DNA from: an uncultured Bacteroidales bacterium
GTDB lineage: Bacteria > Bacteroidota > Bacteroidia > Bacteroidales > UBA4417
Assembly: GCA_963802185.1 (NCBI GenBank)
Contig: CAWDHU010000008.1
Location: 12,359-76,358, forward strand
Reading direction: 5' to 3'
DNA: 64,000 bases
In this document: positions 19,629 through 28,400 of the stretch, piece by piece
Numbering within the stretch: the stretch's first letter is position 1
Layout: every line of letters begins with the position of its first letter
Made by a program: the position numbers and the translations under genes
The notes under the pieces: generated by a model
What the model saw: the letters and a program-made list of their open reading frames with translations, nothing else
Database searches by the model: none
What the model was told of the DNA's origin: nothing

Positions 19629-21041
19629 ATGGGAAACTGTACAGCACAATGGGTAATAATAGGGGTATGCATCCTTATTATACTCGCAGGTTTATGGCTT
19701 GCGGTATACCGTGAGATCCGGAATATTCAAAAAGGGAAAAAGGACATTCAGACTCTTATCTATGACAAAGAAAAAGGAATCTTTAATTTTTCTTTTGCCA
19801 TAGGTATAGTATTGCTTGGTGGTGGATTATACGCTACAATTTATACTGTGCAAAACGATATCGGATGTGTAAAGACTATTGTTGAGCCAGCAAAAAAAGA
19901 AGTGGAGATAGGAAGGCTTCTTTTCAAACTTGCATATAGCTCAGCTCCTGAGGAACTGCGGTTGTGCCAGCAAAAGCCGACATTTAAATATAGGAATATC
20001 AGGAAACAGGAAGAAGGATATTTTGATGAATATATCGATGTCCCTAACCAAGACGAAGATTATGTCTCATATTTCGTAAAGACGGTTAATAATAGCGAAT
20101 ACAGCACCAATGCAACTGAAAACCCTATCGAGATCTGTTTTAAAAGAAACGATAAAGATATCAGATCGGATCATGTGCTTGCAATTCTTAAAGCCGGAAA
20201 TGACCTGAAATTTAAACCGGATATTGGTGACCCCGGATGCATTAATCTGTGCGAGCCAAATCAAACGGGTAGTGTGACTTCCTTTAGCCTTTTTTCCGCT
20301 GCTTTCGCTCAACCCGATCAGGCAGGTAAAAAAAATTACGGATGGACTGTCCCTAACCTGCAAACGCTCAAAGAGAAAAAGATAACCGGATTTTCAGAGA
20401 TTATAATTAAAAGCAAATCATTAAATCCAAAGCTCAAAGAATCAAATCTCTATTATTATTCGATCGAGGTAAATAATACGCCTATCTATATTGACGGCTT
20501 ATTGCCTGAATATATGAAGTATCCGTTCAGTTATGAGAAAGGCATAAGCCTTGATTTTGGCCTGGAAAATCTGGGATTTTCAGGCATCAATAAAGGATAC
20601 GAAAAAATTGCAGTAACTGTTTATTTCTATCATGATTCAAAATTCATCAGTTCAATCCTGCTGCCGCTCGATTATGTAGCTTTACGAAATTCAGATCCTA
20701 AAGACAAAGAAGCAAGCGACGGTTCAAAGTTTATATGGGAAGCTTTATTTAAAGCAAACCGCGAAAACCAGATTTTTGTTTTGTCAACAATCAATGTTCA
20801 GGAAGCATTGAATTCGAAAAAAAGAATTGACTCCGGGCCATTGCTTTTTAAAGGCAATAAGGTTGTCGGAGTAGTTCGCCCTCCTTACAGAGATAATAAA
20901 AATTACGGGGTTTGTGTCGGAGTGGTACTTCCTGGCAAACAGGTAAAATTTACGTTTGACAACAAAGAAGCCAATGAATTTGTTACATATTTAACCAACA
21001 ACAGATATAAACCTTTAAAGCGGCAGCTAAAAGACAATTAA
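19629..21041 (+). CDS. hypothetical membrane-anchored protein (2 N-terminal TM helices, ~390-aa soluble part)
   Basis: 470-aa ORF. TM1 WVIIGVCILIILAGLWLAVY; TM2 FSFAIGIVLLGGGLYATIY. I recognise no domain in the remainder. Confidence 0.7.
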   Translation: MGNCTAQWVIIGVCILIILAGLWLAVYREIRNIQKGKKDIQTLIYDKEKGIFNFSFAIGIVLLGGGLYATIYTVQNDIGCVKTIVEPAKKEVEIGRLLFKLAYSSAPEELRLCQQKPTFKYRNIRKQEEGYFDEYIDVPNQDEDYVSYFVKTVNNSEYSTNATENPIEICFKRNDKDIRSDHVLAILKAGNDLKFKPDIGDPGCINLCEPNQTGSVTSFSLFSAAFAQPDQAGKKNYGWTVPNLQTLKEKKITGFSEIIIKSKSLNPKLKESNLYYYSIEVNNTPIYIDGLLPEYMKYPFSYEKGISLDFGLENLGFSGINKGYEKIAVTVYFYHDSKFISSILLPLDYVALRNSDPKDKEASDGSKFIWEALFKANRENQIFVLSTINVQEALNSKKRIDSGPLLFKGNKVVGVVRPPYRDNKNYGVCVGVVLPGKQVKFTFDNKEANEFVTYLTNNRYKPLKRQLKDN

Positions 21042-21051
21042 GGCAAACCAG

Positions 21052-21573
21052 ATGTATAAAGCACCTTATATAATTGTCATGGGCGCAGCTGTCGAAAAGG
21101 ATGGAGAACCCTCGGGCGCGATGAAACGCAGGGTAAGTTCGGCACTCAGAATTTCGAAAACATTCACCGAATCAATCTTTCTGGTTACAGGAGGTGTTGG
21201 TAAAAACAAACCTGTCTCCGAAGCTGAAGTAATGAGAACCATTTTGATTAAATCAGGAATATCTTCAAAAAAAATACGAGGTGAGGACCAATCAAAGGAC
21301 ACACTCTCATCCGCATATCGTTGCTCCATAATTTTGAAAAATGTGAACAATTGCCTGGAAGTTTATGTTTGTTCCGACCGGTATCATATCGCCCGCAGCC
21401 GTTGGCTTTTCTTTTTATTGGGTATTCACACACAGCCTGTTGAAGTTATGAGCGGGCAGGAGGCCAATGGTTTAAGTAAATGGATATACTATTATTTTCG
21501 CGAATATGCAGCCATCGTGCAAGATACCATCCTGGTTTATTTGCATAAAGCAAGAATCCGGAGCATACTGTAA
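21052..21573 (+). CDS. YdcF/DUF218 family protein
   Basis: YIIVMGAAVEKDGEPSGAMKRRV..LVTGGVGKNKPVSEAEVM..GEDQSKDTLSSAY..VCSDRYHIARS is the usual DUF218 pattern. Starts 10 nt after the previous stop. Confidence 0.8.
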   Translation: MYKAPYIIVMGAAVEKDGEPSGAMKRRVSSALRISKTFTESIFLVTGGVGKNKPVSEAEVMRTILIKSGISSKKIRGEDQSKDTLSSAYRCSIILKNVNNCLEVYVCSDRYHIARSRWLFFLLGIHTQPVEVMSGQEANGLSKWIYYYFREYAAIVQDTILVYLHKARIRSIL

Positions 21574-21735
21574 CGAGCTTATACCCAAATCTTATTCTAA
21601 CCCTTCCGGCAATTTATCCGGGAAAAACGTTGGACCTTAAAAATTCCTGTGGAAATATTGCGTTTATTATCCCAATAAATGTTAGTTTTGGTAAGTTTTA
21701 TTATTCCGTAACCCCGGGATATTCAATTTTGAACC

Positions 21736-22104
21736 ATGACAAACCTCGAAAGCGCATCTGTTAAGAAGATGATTTCTGACTTAGCCTCAGAAGGTTTTTT
21801 ATGTCATGAAGATTTTGATGAAATTAATGAATATCGCTTCGGGAAATTATACCGGAGACGGCAACTCGAAAATGTTGTTTTTGAAAAGGAAGGAATCATC
21901 ATTAAAATATACAATGAGCTGTTTTTCAGGTTCACAGGGCTATCTTATTTATTTGATGAAGGCCAGCAAAAACCCGTTAGAGTTTCGGACGAAGAATTTT
22001 ATGAGATTCAAAAACATTTAATCCGGTACAGGTACGAACAAGAGCTCAAACTTTCGGATACTCCTGAAAACGATATCGAACATCCTATTTCCATTAAGAC
22101 ATAA
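21736..22104 (+). CDS. hypothetical protein
   Basis: 122-aa ORF with an ATG start. No motif recognised. Confidence 0.5.
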   Translation: MTNLESASVKKMISDLASEGFLCHEDFDEINEYRFGKLYRRRQLENVVFEKEGIIIKIYNELFFRFTGLSYLFDEGQQKPVRVSDEEFYEIQKHLIRYRYEQELKLSDTPENDIEHPISIKT

Positions 22105-22147
22105 CTAAGCAGCGGGAAAAGATAAAAACTGTATTGCCCGTTAAAAA

Positions 22148-22196
22148 CCTCACCCCCCTGCCCCCCTCTCCTGAAAAAGGAAAGGGGGGAGTTGGT
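22148..22196 (+). repeat. GC-rich hairpin repeat, copy 1
   Basis: CCTCACCCCCCTGCCCCCCTCTCCTGAAAAAGGAAAGGGGGGAG. The CCCCTCTCC/GGAAAGGGG arms form a hairpin. Lies 44 nt after the stop of 21736-22104. Confidence 0.8.
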
Positions 22197-22305
22197 GCTA
22201 TTTTTGTCTTATATTGAAATAGCATGACTTAAAACGCTTCGCTTGTCAAATATTGAGACTGTACCGGGAATTTAATTTTAACAATTCGATTAAACAACAA
22301 ATTGT

Positions 22306-23460
22306 ATGAATCCACAAAAGAATACTCTCCTACTGGGCCTTTTCAGATTTAAAATCTCCTTATTCCCTATTCTGATGCTGATGGTCAGTGTTTCTGTGAA
22401 CGGGCAGATCAAAGAAAATAACGGTAAAGAAAAACCTCTGCGCCTTGGAATAATAGGATTATCACACGATCATGTTCATGCCGTATTTCAAAACAATTCG
22501 AATCCCGATATTGTTGTTGTTGGGATTGCAGAGCCGGATACAGCCCTTGTTACAAGATATGTTAACCAATACCAACTGGACCGCAAGATCATTTTCGGAA
22601 GTACCGAAGAATTAATTGCAAAAACAAACCCTGAAGCCGTTTCTGTTTTTTCTTCCATCAGCGATCACATCAAAGTGGTTCGGATTTGCGCCCCGCATAA
22701 AATTTATGTGATGGTCGAAAAACCTTTGGCTATCAATTACCAGCAGGCAAAAGAAATGGATGATCTTGCCCGAAAATGGGGAATTGAAATAATCACTAAC
22801 TATGAAACCACCTGGTACCCGGTTACCAAAGAGGCGTATACAAAAACTGTTGAGGAAAAGCTGATTGGCGATCCCCGTAAAATAGTAGTCCACGACGGGC
22901 ATAAAGGCCCTATCGAAATAGGATGCAGCAAGGATTTCACCAACTGGCTGACTGATCCGGAATTCAACGGAGGTGGTGCAATTATAGATTTCGGATGTTA
23001 TGGAGCGGACCTGATAAGCTACTTTATGAAAGGAGAAAGGCCCATATCTGTCACAGCTGTTACCCAACAGATAAAACCGGATTTGTATCCGAAAGTGGAC
23101 GATGAAGCAACGATTATTGTTACTTACCCTAAAATGCAAGGGATAATCCAGGCTTCATGGAACTGGCCTTTCAACAGGAAAGACATGGAGATTTATGGTA
23201 AAACCGGGTACATCCGCACTACTGATAATGTGCATATGAAAATCCGCACAAGCGAGCAATTGCCGGAACAAACGCTTACCATTTCTCAGGATAATGCCAT
23301 TGCACAAAACCCCTTTTCATTCTTTGCATCTGTAGTAAAAGGTAAAATAAAACTTGCACCAAACGATCCTTCGTCACTCAGTTTGAACCTGGTTGCCATG
23401 GAAATTCTTGACAGCGCGGTTCAATCGGCAAGGAGCGGGAAGACTGTGTATTTAAAATAA
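22306..23460 (+). CDS. Gfo/Idh/MocA family oxidoreductase (with signal-like N-terminus)
   Basis: LRLGIIGLSHDHVHAVF (Rossmann GxGxxxxH), VVGIAEPD, MVEKPLA. Typical family organisation, 384 aa. Confidence 0.85.
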   Translation: MNPQKNTLLLGLFRFKISLFPILMLMVSVSVNGQIKENNGKEKPLRLGIIGLSHDHVHAVFQNNSNPDIVVVGIAEPDTALVTRYVNQYQLDRKIIFGSTEELIAKTNPEAVSVFSSISDHIKVVRICAPHKIYVMVEKPLAINYQQAKEMDDLARKWGIEIITNYETTWYPVTKEAYTKTVEEKLIGDPRKIVVHDGHKGPIEIGCSKDFTNWLTDPEFNGGGAIIDFGCYGADLISYFMKGERPISVTAVTQQIKPDLYPKVDDEATIIVTYPKMQGIIQASWNWPFNRKDMEIYGKTGYIRTTDNVHMKIRTSEQLPEQTLTISQDNAIAQNPFSFFASVVKGKIKLAPNDPSSLSLNLVAMEILDSAVQSARSGKTVYLK

Positions 23461-23516
23461 ATAATACGGTTGTCCGGTTAAATTTGATTGAAAACGATGG
23501 AAGGTTAGATATATAT

Positions 23517-23543
23517 CGTCCCTAACGGGACTGTCCCGACGAT
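23517..23543. repeat. GTCCC-N4-GGGAC palindromic repeat unit (variant)
   Basis: CGTCCCTAACGGGACTGTCCCGACG. Related to the units at 23668 and 23722. Confidence 0.6.
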
Positions 23544-23667
23544 TATTTACGAAAGCAAATAGCTATGCATAGAATAAAAAATAGCCTCTTCTGCCATAAA
23601 ATCCCGTAGATTATTTGCGCTAGTAAATAGTATATTGGTAGAAAACAATTAATTATATATGTAAAAA

Positions 23668-23686
23668 GTCCCGTCAGGGACGAAAT
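23668..23686. repeat. GTCCCGTCAGGGACGAAAT palindromic repeat, copy A
   Basis: Identical 19-mer to 23722-23740. The GTCCC/GGGAC arms are separated by a 4-nt loop. Confidence 0.8.
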
Positions 23687-23721
23687 ATTGGTAGAATAAT
23701 TAGTGCCCCGTATTGATTCAA

Positions 23722-23740
23722 GTCCCGTCAGGGACGAAAT
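23722..23740. repeat. GTCCCGTCAGGGACGAAAT palindromic repeat, copy B
   Basis: Identical 19-mer to 23668-23686. Confidence 0.8.
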
Positions 23741-23816
23741 AAAAATTCACCCGGGCACCAAAAATAAAATAAGTATCAGTAATAGCACAAAGAGTTTCAT
23801 TGTAGCCCGTTACAGA

Positions 23817-23867
23817 CCTCACCCCCCTGCCCCCTCTCCTGAAAAAGGAGAGGGGGAGGATTGTGCA
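23817..23867 (+). repeat. GC-rich hairpin repeat, copy 2
   Basis: CCTCACCCCCCTGCCCCCTCTCCTGAAAAAGGAGAGGGGGAGG. Near-identical to copy 1, with perfect CCCCCTCTCC/GGAGAGGGGG arms. Confidence 0.85.
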
Positions 23868-23958
23868 CTCATCATAATTCAATACATTTACTGAACCATT
23901 AACCGGTCTGTGCAAATTTTCAATTTTCACAGACATATTCTAATTAACTTCTGTAGCA

Positions 23959-24342
23959 ATGAACGACTCAGCAAATACTTTAAAAGAAGCGGCCATACAT
24001 TTTCTGCAGCTTACAGCTATTGGAAATGTAAACGAAGCTTTTTACCTCTATGTGATCCCGGAATTCCGGCACCACAATATGCATTTCAGAGGCGATGCGG
24101 ATTCGCTGAAAGCAGCCATGCTCGAAAGTGCTGCTTACCTGCCTGAAAAAAAACTTGAGGTCAGGTTTGCCATTGCTGAAGAGAATATGGTTGCCGTTTA
24201 CTCAAAAGTTACCATCAGCCCGGGGGAACCCGGAATTGCCCTGGTACATTTTTTCCGTTTCCGGGATGATAAAATTGTTGAATTATGGGATCTGGCCCAA
24301 TCACCTCCGGACGAAAGTATAAATGAAAATGGCTTATTCTGA
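23959..24342 (+). CDS. SnoaL/NTF2-like fold protein
   Basis: 127 aa. The size, the pattern (..NVNEAFYLYV.PEFRHHN..., ..IVELWDL..) and the conserved late 'V.fFRf.DgKIvE.WD' block are typical of SnoaL-like/ester-cyclase proteins. Confidence 0.65.
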   Translation: MNDSANTLKEAAIHFLQLTAIGNVNEAFYLYVIPEFRHHNMHFRGDADSLKAAMLESAAYLPEKKLEVRFAIAEENMVAVYSKVTISPGEPGIALVHFFRFRDDKIVELWDLAQSPPDESINENGLF

Positions 24343-24357
24343 AATCGAATCCACGCT

Positions 24358-24816
24358 ATGATACTAAAAAACAAACTTGACAAATCATTTGGCCCATCGG
24401 GAACATTTGCCGGTTATACAATATTTGTGATCGGACTTATTGCTACCTATTCAACCTGGGGCGGTTTACTCCTAATAGTAGTTGGGGCTTTTATGGGATT
24501 TTCATCCACAAGTACGGTGATCGATACAGATAAAAAAAAGATCCGGTATTTGAACAACTTCTTTGGTTTTATACCTGCAGGCAAATGGATGGATATGGAT
24601 GCTTCCATGAAACTGGGCATTAAAGAATCAAATGTTACCTTCACGACTTTCAGCCGGAGCAACCGCTCAATCGATACGGTAAAAAACGACTTCAGGATAG
24701 TGCTGTGCGATTCCGGTGAAAAGGAAATTATGGAGATCAGCAAAAGCGATTCCTTCGAAACTTCAAAGGATCGGCTTGATTCGTTGAGCCGGCAACTGGG
24801 ATTGGAGGCAATTTGA
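24358..24816 (+). CDS. hypothetical small membrane protein (2 TM helices plus soluble tail)
   Basis: FAGYTIFVIGLIATY and WGGLLLIVVGAFMGF helices followed by ~95 soluble residues. ATG at 24358. Confidence 0.6.
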   Translation: MILKNKLDKSFGPSGTFAGYTIFVIGLIATYSTWGGLLLIVVGAFMGFSSTSTVIDTDKKKIRYLNNFFGFIPAGKWMDMDASMKLGIKESNVTFTTFSRSNRSIDTVKNDFRIVLCDSGEKEIMEISKSDSFETSKDRLDSLSRQLGLEAI

Positions 24817-24890
24817 TTTTACAGTAGCATTATATTGCGAATTTTTCTCATATGTATTTTTTTTTGATGGGTTGTGACCTGGTTACGAAA

Positions 24891-24932
24891 CTCACCCCCT
24901 GCCCCCTCTCTGTGAAGGAAAGAGAGGGGGTA
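24891..24932 (+). repeat. GC-rich hairpin repeat, copy 3 (diverged)
   Basis: CTCACCCCCTGCCCCCTCTCTGTGAAGGAAAGAGAGGGGG. Lies 75 nt after the stop of 24358-24816. Confidence 0.75.
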
Positions 24933-25012
24933 AATTTATTACTGCGGGTATTTCATCATATCTGAACCTTTCTGTTTACTTAGTGGTTTAATAATCTGAA
25001 AATTGTTTGTTA

Positions 25013-25215
25013 TACCTTTTGTGCCTTTTGTGTTTCAGAAATCATTACCACAAAAAAATAAAAGGGGCCAGAAACTGAGAAATATACCTTTTGGGCCTTT
25101 TGTGTTTCAAAAAATAAAACCACTAAAACCAAGTTCACATAGAATAACTAAGATACAGTATCACTTTTGTGCCTTTTATGTTGCAAAAAAGGGTTACCAC
25201 AAAAGGAACAAAAGG
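25013..25215 (+). repeat. three tandemly spaced copies of a CCTTTTGTGCCTTTTGTG-type hairpin element
   Basis: Copies at about 25013-25060, 25082-25127 and 25160-25215 (ACCTTTTGTGCCTTTTGTGTTTCAGAAA / ACCTTTTGGGCCTTTTGTGTTTCAAAAA / CACTTTTGTGCCTTTTATGTTGCAAAAA). In copy 3 the left arm pairs with CACAAAAGGAACAAAAGGG downstream. Confidence 0.75.
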
Positions 25216-25279
25216 GCCGGGAGCTGTGAAGATTGCTCTTAGTGTTTCAGAAATCAATACCATAAGAAGAAAACGACAA

Positions 25280-26323
25280 ATGGAAATTGGAATAGATAGT
25301 TTTGCAGCAGTAAATGCTACAGATGACAAAAGCAATCCGGTTAACAGCGCACAAGCCCTGGCTGAATTGCTCGAACGTATGGAATATGCCGACCAATCGG
25401 GCCTCGATATATTCGGTATTGGGGAGCATTATCGCAGGGAATTCCTGGATTCAGCTAATATCGTTATCCTGGCAGCAGCGGCAGCCCGAACCAAACGCAT
25501 TCGTTTAAGCAGCGCTGTTACCGTATTAAGTGCAGCCGACCCGGTAAGGGTATTTCAGAACTTTGCAACGCTTGACCTGGTTTCGCAGGGACGGGCCGAA
25601 ATGGTAGTTGGCCGTGGTTCGTTTACTGAATCCTTCCCTCTCTTTGGCTTAAATCTACACGACTATGATGAACTTTTCGCTGAAAAGCTGGATCTGCTGC
25701 TCAAAATCCGCGCCAATGAAACCGTAAGCTGGTCCGGCAGATTCCGTCCTGCATTGAAAAACCAGGCCATTTATCCACGGCCTTTGCAACCGCAATTGCC
25801 CATCTGGCTGGGTGTGGGAGGCACTCCGGCTTCGTTTGTACGTGCCGGCGAACTGGGGCTGCCCCTGATGGTGGCCGTAATCGGCGGCGAGACACATCGG
25901 TTTCGTCCGCTGGTTGACCTGTACCGCAGGGCCGGAAAAGAGGCAGGGCATGCGCCCGAAACCTTAAAAGTAGGATTGCATTCGCTGGGGTATGTGGCAA
26001 ACAGTACGGAGGAAGCCGTTGAAGGATATTATCCCGGTTATGCCGAAACCTTTACCCGCATTGGCAGGGAACGCGGCTGGCAGCCGGTTACCCGTGCTCA
26101 TTTTTATGCCCAGACAGGACCCTCGGGTGCCCTGGTTGTGGGAAGCCCCGAGGATGTAGCCGAAAAAATCCTCCGGCACAGCAAAGCCCTTGGCGGCATT
26201 TCGCGCTTTACTTTCCAGATGGATAATGCCGGTTTATCGCATGCTAAACTGATGCAGGCTATTAAGCTGATCGGCAAGCAAGTTTCACCAAGCGTGAACA
26301 GCCAGATTCACTTATCTGATTAA
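25280..26323 (+). CDS. LLM-class (luciferase-like) flavin-dependent oxidoreductase
   Basis: MEIGIDSFAA..LERMEYADQSGLDIFGIGEHYRREF..RIRLSSAVTVLSAADPVRVFQNFATLDLVSQGRAEMVVGRGSF is a typical luciferase-like monooxygenase pattern. The track ORF start 25169 runs through the repeat elements, so ATG 25280 is preferred. Confidence 0.85.
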   Translation: MEIGIDSFAAVNATDDKSNPVNSAQALAELLERMEYADQSGLDIFGIGEHYRREFLDSANIVILAAAAARTKRIRLSSAVTVLSAADPVRVFQNFATLDLVSQGRAEMVVGRGSFTESFPLFGLNLHDYDELFAEKLDLLLKIRANETVSWSGRFRPALKNQAIYPRPLQPQLPIWLGVGGTPASFVRAGELGLPLMVAVIGGETHRFRPLVDLYRRAGKEAGHAPETLKVGLHSLGYVANSTEEAVEGYYPGYAETFTRIGRERGWQPVTRAHFYAQTGPSGALVVGSPEDVAEKILRHSKALGGISRFTFQMDNAGLSHAKLMQAIKLIGKQVSPSVNSQIHLSD

Positions 26324-26353
26324 CAGAAATCAGGCAGACACCCAATCCTATAT

Positions 26354-27808
26354 TTATTTCTTTAATTCTTCCATTGCACGTTTCCTGACCAGTGCAAGAT
26401 TCAGTCCGTTCACGTTACTTTTAGTTATCTTTTCAAATAGTTTTGTTGCGTTTTGCTTATCCCCTTTTTGGGAATAAGTTACAGCAGTATAATATATGTT
26501 CATCGGATCTTCAGGATCAGCTTTGGAAATATACTCCATAGCTTTATTATAATCTCCTTTCTTGAGTTCATAATAAGCCTGCATGGAGTTAAACATCATC
26601 ATTTCACCAGGGTTTTTTGTATTTTCGATCTTTTGCCTGCTTTTTTCAATTTCAGCTTTTGCTTTATCAAATTCGCCTAAAGCAGAGTAGCTATAGATGT
26701 TCCACATCATTGAATAAGTAGCAAAATTATTTTTTGTAGCCTCAGGCAGTTCTACTTTCTCTGACATATCAATAGCTTTCTTAAAATACTTCATGCCTTC
26801 GGCGGGTTTTCCGGTTTCTGTCAGAATTTGGCCCTCGAATGCATTTGACCAGATGGCCGAGGCGGGTAAATCCTCCTTCCCGGCTAGTGTACCGCGTTCG
26901 GCAAAAGTTTTTAGCGCATTATCAATATCACCTTCGTGCACATACGATATTGCTTTCCAGTATAATGCTGCCAGTCTGCCACTTACTGTCGACGCTTTGT
27001 CGAAATATTCCTGATAATATTTCCTTGCTTCCTTATAATCGCCTTTAAAAATGTAATTGTGACCTATACCAAGCAGTGACCCGCCAAAATTAACAGGATC
27101 AATTTCCACAGCCTTTTTATACTGAGAAATTGATTCATCGTATTTACCCATGGTCAAAAGAAGTTCTCCATACGAATCGTAAGGATTAGCCTTGGTTGGT
27201 TTCAGTTTAATATAAGTCTGAAACGCTTTTTCGGCTGCTGAGTAATTGGTTAATGCCGACTGGCAATAGCCAATCATATTATAAGCTATGGCATAGTTCT
27301 TATCCAACTCAGCTGCTTTCTCCAGGTAAGGAAGTGCTTTTGAATAATCTAATTGAAAGTAATAGTAATTCCCGGCAAGTAGCTGAACCCTTTTATCCGA
27401 TGGAAACAGTTTAAGAAGTTGCTCAAGATACTCTTTCTGTTTTTCAGCATTGCCATCGTTTCCTGCCTGGTACCAAAGAATTACTAATTTTTCTCCCTCC
27501 GATACTTTGTCGGCAAGGCTTACAGCTTTATTCATATTTTCCTGTGCTACCATTGCTCCCCCTCCTGACATAGAGCGATAAAGGTAAGCCATTGCAAAGC
27601 CAGGATCTTCAGCTATTGCTTTATCAAATAATGGCGCTGCAGTGATAAACTCCAGGTCCTCCGCCTGATCCCTTCCTTCTAAAAAATATTTTAGTGCTTC
27701 TTTGGATGAGGTGGTAATTGGAATTTCTTTACCCTGGGCCAACAGGTTAATTGGAAGCACAAAAAACATAATCCATAAAATAATTGCAACAAACTTTGCA
27801 GTTTTCAT
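26354..27808 (-). CDS. secreted tetratricopeptide-repeat protein
   Basis: Signal peptide MKTAKFVAIILWIMFFVLPINLLAQ (ATG at 27808; the track start 27898 adds an unlikely leader). Multiple TPR-like A..Y..A helices throughout. Confidence 0.8.
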   Translation of the reverse strand: MKTAKFVAIILWIMFFVLPINLLAQGKEIPITTSSKEALKYFLEGRDQAEDLEFITAAPLFDKAIAEDPGFAMAYLYRSMSGGGAMVAQENMNKAVSLADKVSEGEKLVILWYQAGNDGNAEKQKEYLEQLLKLFPSDKRVQLLAGNYYYFQLDYSKALPYLEKAAELDKNYAIAYNMIGYCQSALTNYSAAEKAFQTYIKLKPTKANPYDSYGELLLTMGKYDESISQYKKAVEIDPVNFGGSLLGIGHNYIFKGDYKEARKYYQEYFDKASTVSGRLAALYWKAISYVHEGDIDNALKTFAERGTLAGKEDLPASAIWSNAFEGQILTETGKPAEGMKYFKKAIDMSEKVELPEATKNNFATYSMMWNIYSYSALGEFDKAKAEIEKSRQKIENTKNPGEMMMFNSMQAYYELKKGDYNKAMEYISKADPEDPMNIYYTAVTYSQKGDKQNATKLFEKITKSNVNGLNLALVRKRAMEELKK

Positions 27809-28400
27809 TTTCAACCTCCTTTTTAAAGTTAAACGGATTAATACTTTTATTGCGAAATTGAAGCACAAAACCTTAGTAAGTCTTGCATAGAATAACATAA
27901 GAACTATATAGCTAACACGGAGTTGGACACCTAAAAGGTTTTCACATCATCTCATGCTAAAATTACGACATTTTTTGCTCAATATCAAGCTTTTACGAAT
28001 TTATATTTCCTGCTGTCTCTTGGTTTGATTCAAAACTGGGAGAATATCTGACCAGACATTTAATTATCAATAATATTACCAACCCGGCAAATAAATAGAG
28101 TAATATGAGAAGTTAAAGGATAGCCGAAGACTGATATAATTTTTTATCCTTAAATAAAAACATAAGCTATGATTCACAATTAAAAAATAATATACATTTG
28201 AGCTATTATTATTTGACTTCAATTATAAACTGAACATTATAAAAAGCAAATAACTATAAGATAAAAAACACCTGGATTAAGCATTATAAAGAACACACTT
28301 TGCCTGATATTAATAGTTTTTAAGCCCTGGTTTTCAAAGTACACGGATTAAAAAGAAAGATTATAAACTGACATATTTATTTAATTCTAAAATCCTCATT

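Noticed and set aside
22612-23139. 175-aa antisense ORF. Similar shadow ORFs occur at 35451-35864, 36453-36773, 38155-38517, 46155-46541, 48011-48415, 53415-53810, 60908-61354 and 63135-63521.
   Set aside because: All lie wholly inside genes with unambiguous family motifs on the opposite strand and show no motifs of their own. I treat them as shadow ORFs.
23703-24146. Short ORFs 23703-23894, 23718-23936 and 23910-24146 in the repeat-rich spacer
   Set aside because: They are composed of palindromic and GC-rich repeat units (for example ..PPAPSPEKGEGE..), or overlap the SnoaL-like gene in another frame. No coding signal.
25003-25279. 79-aa ORF 25003-25242 and the 37-codon upstream extension of the LLM ORF (25169-25279)
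   Set aside because: Both are read-through of the three CCTTTTGTGCC hairpin repeats (giving ..VPFVFQK..PFGPFVFQK..). The conserved LLM N-terminus begins at MEIGIDSF (ATG 25280).
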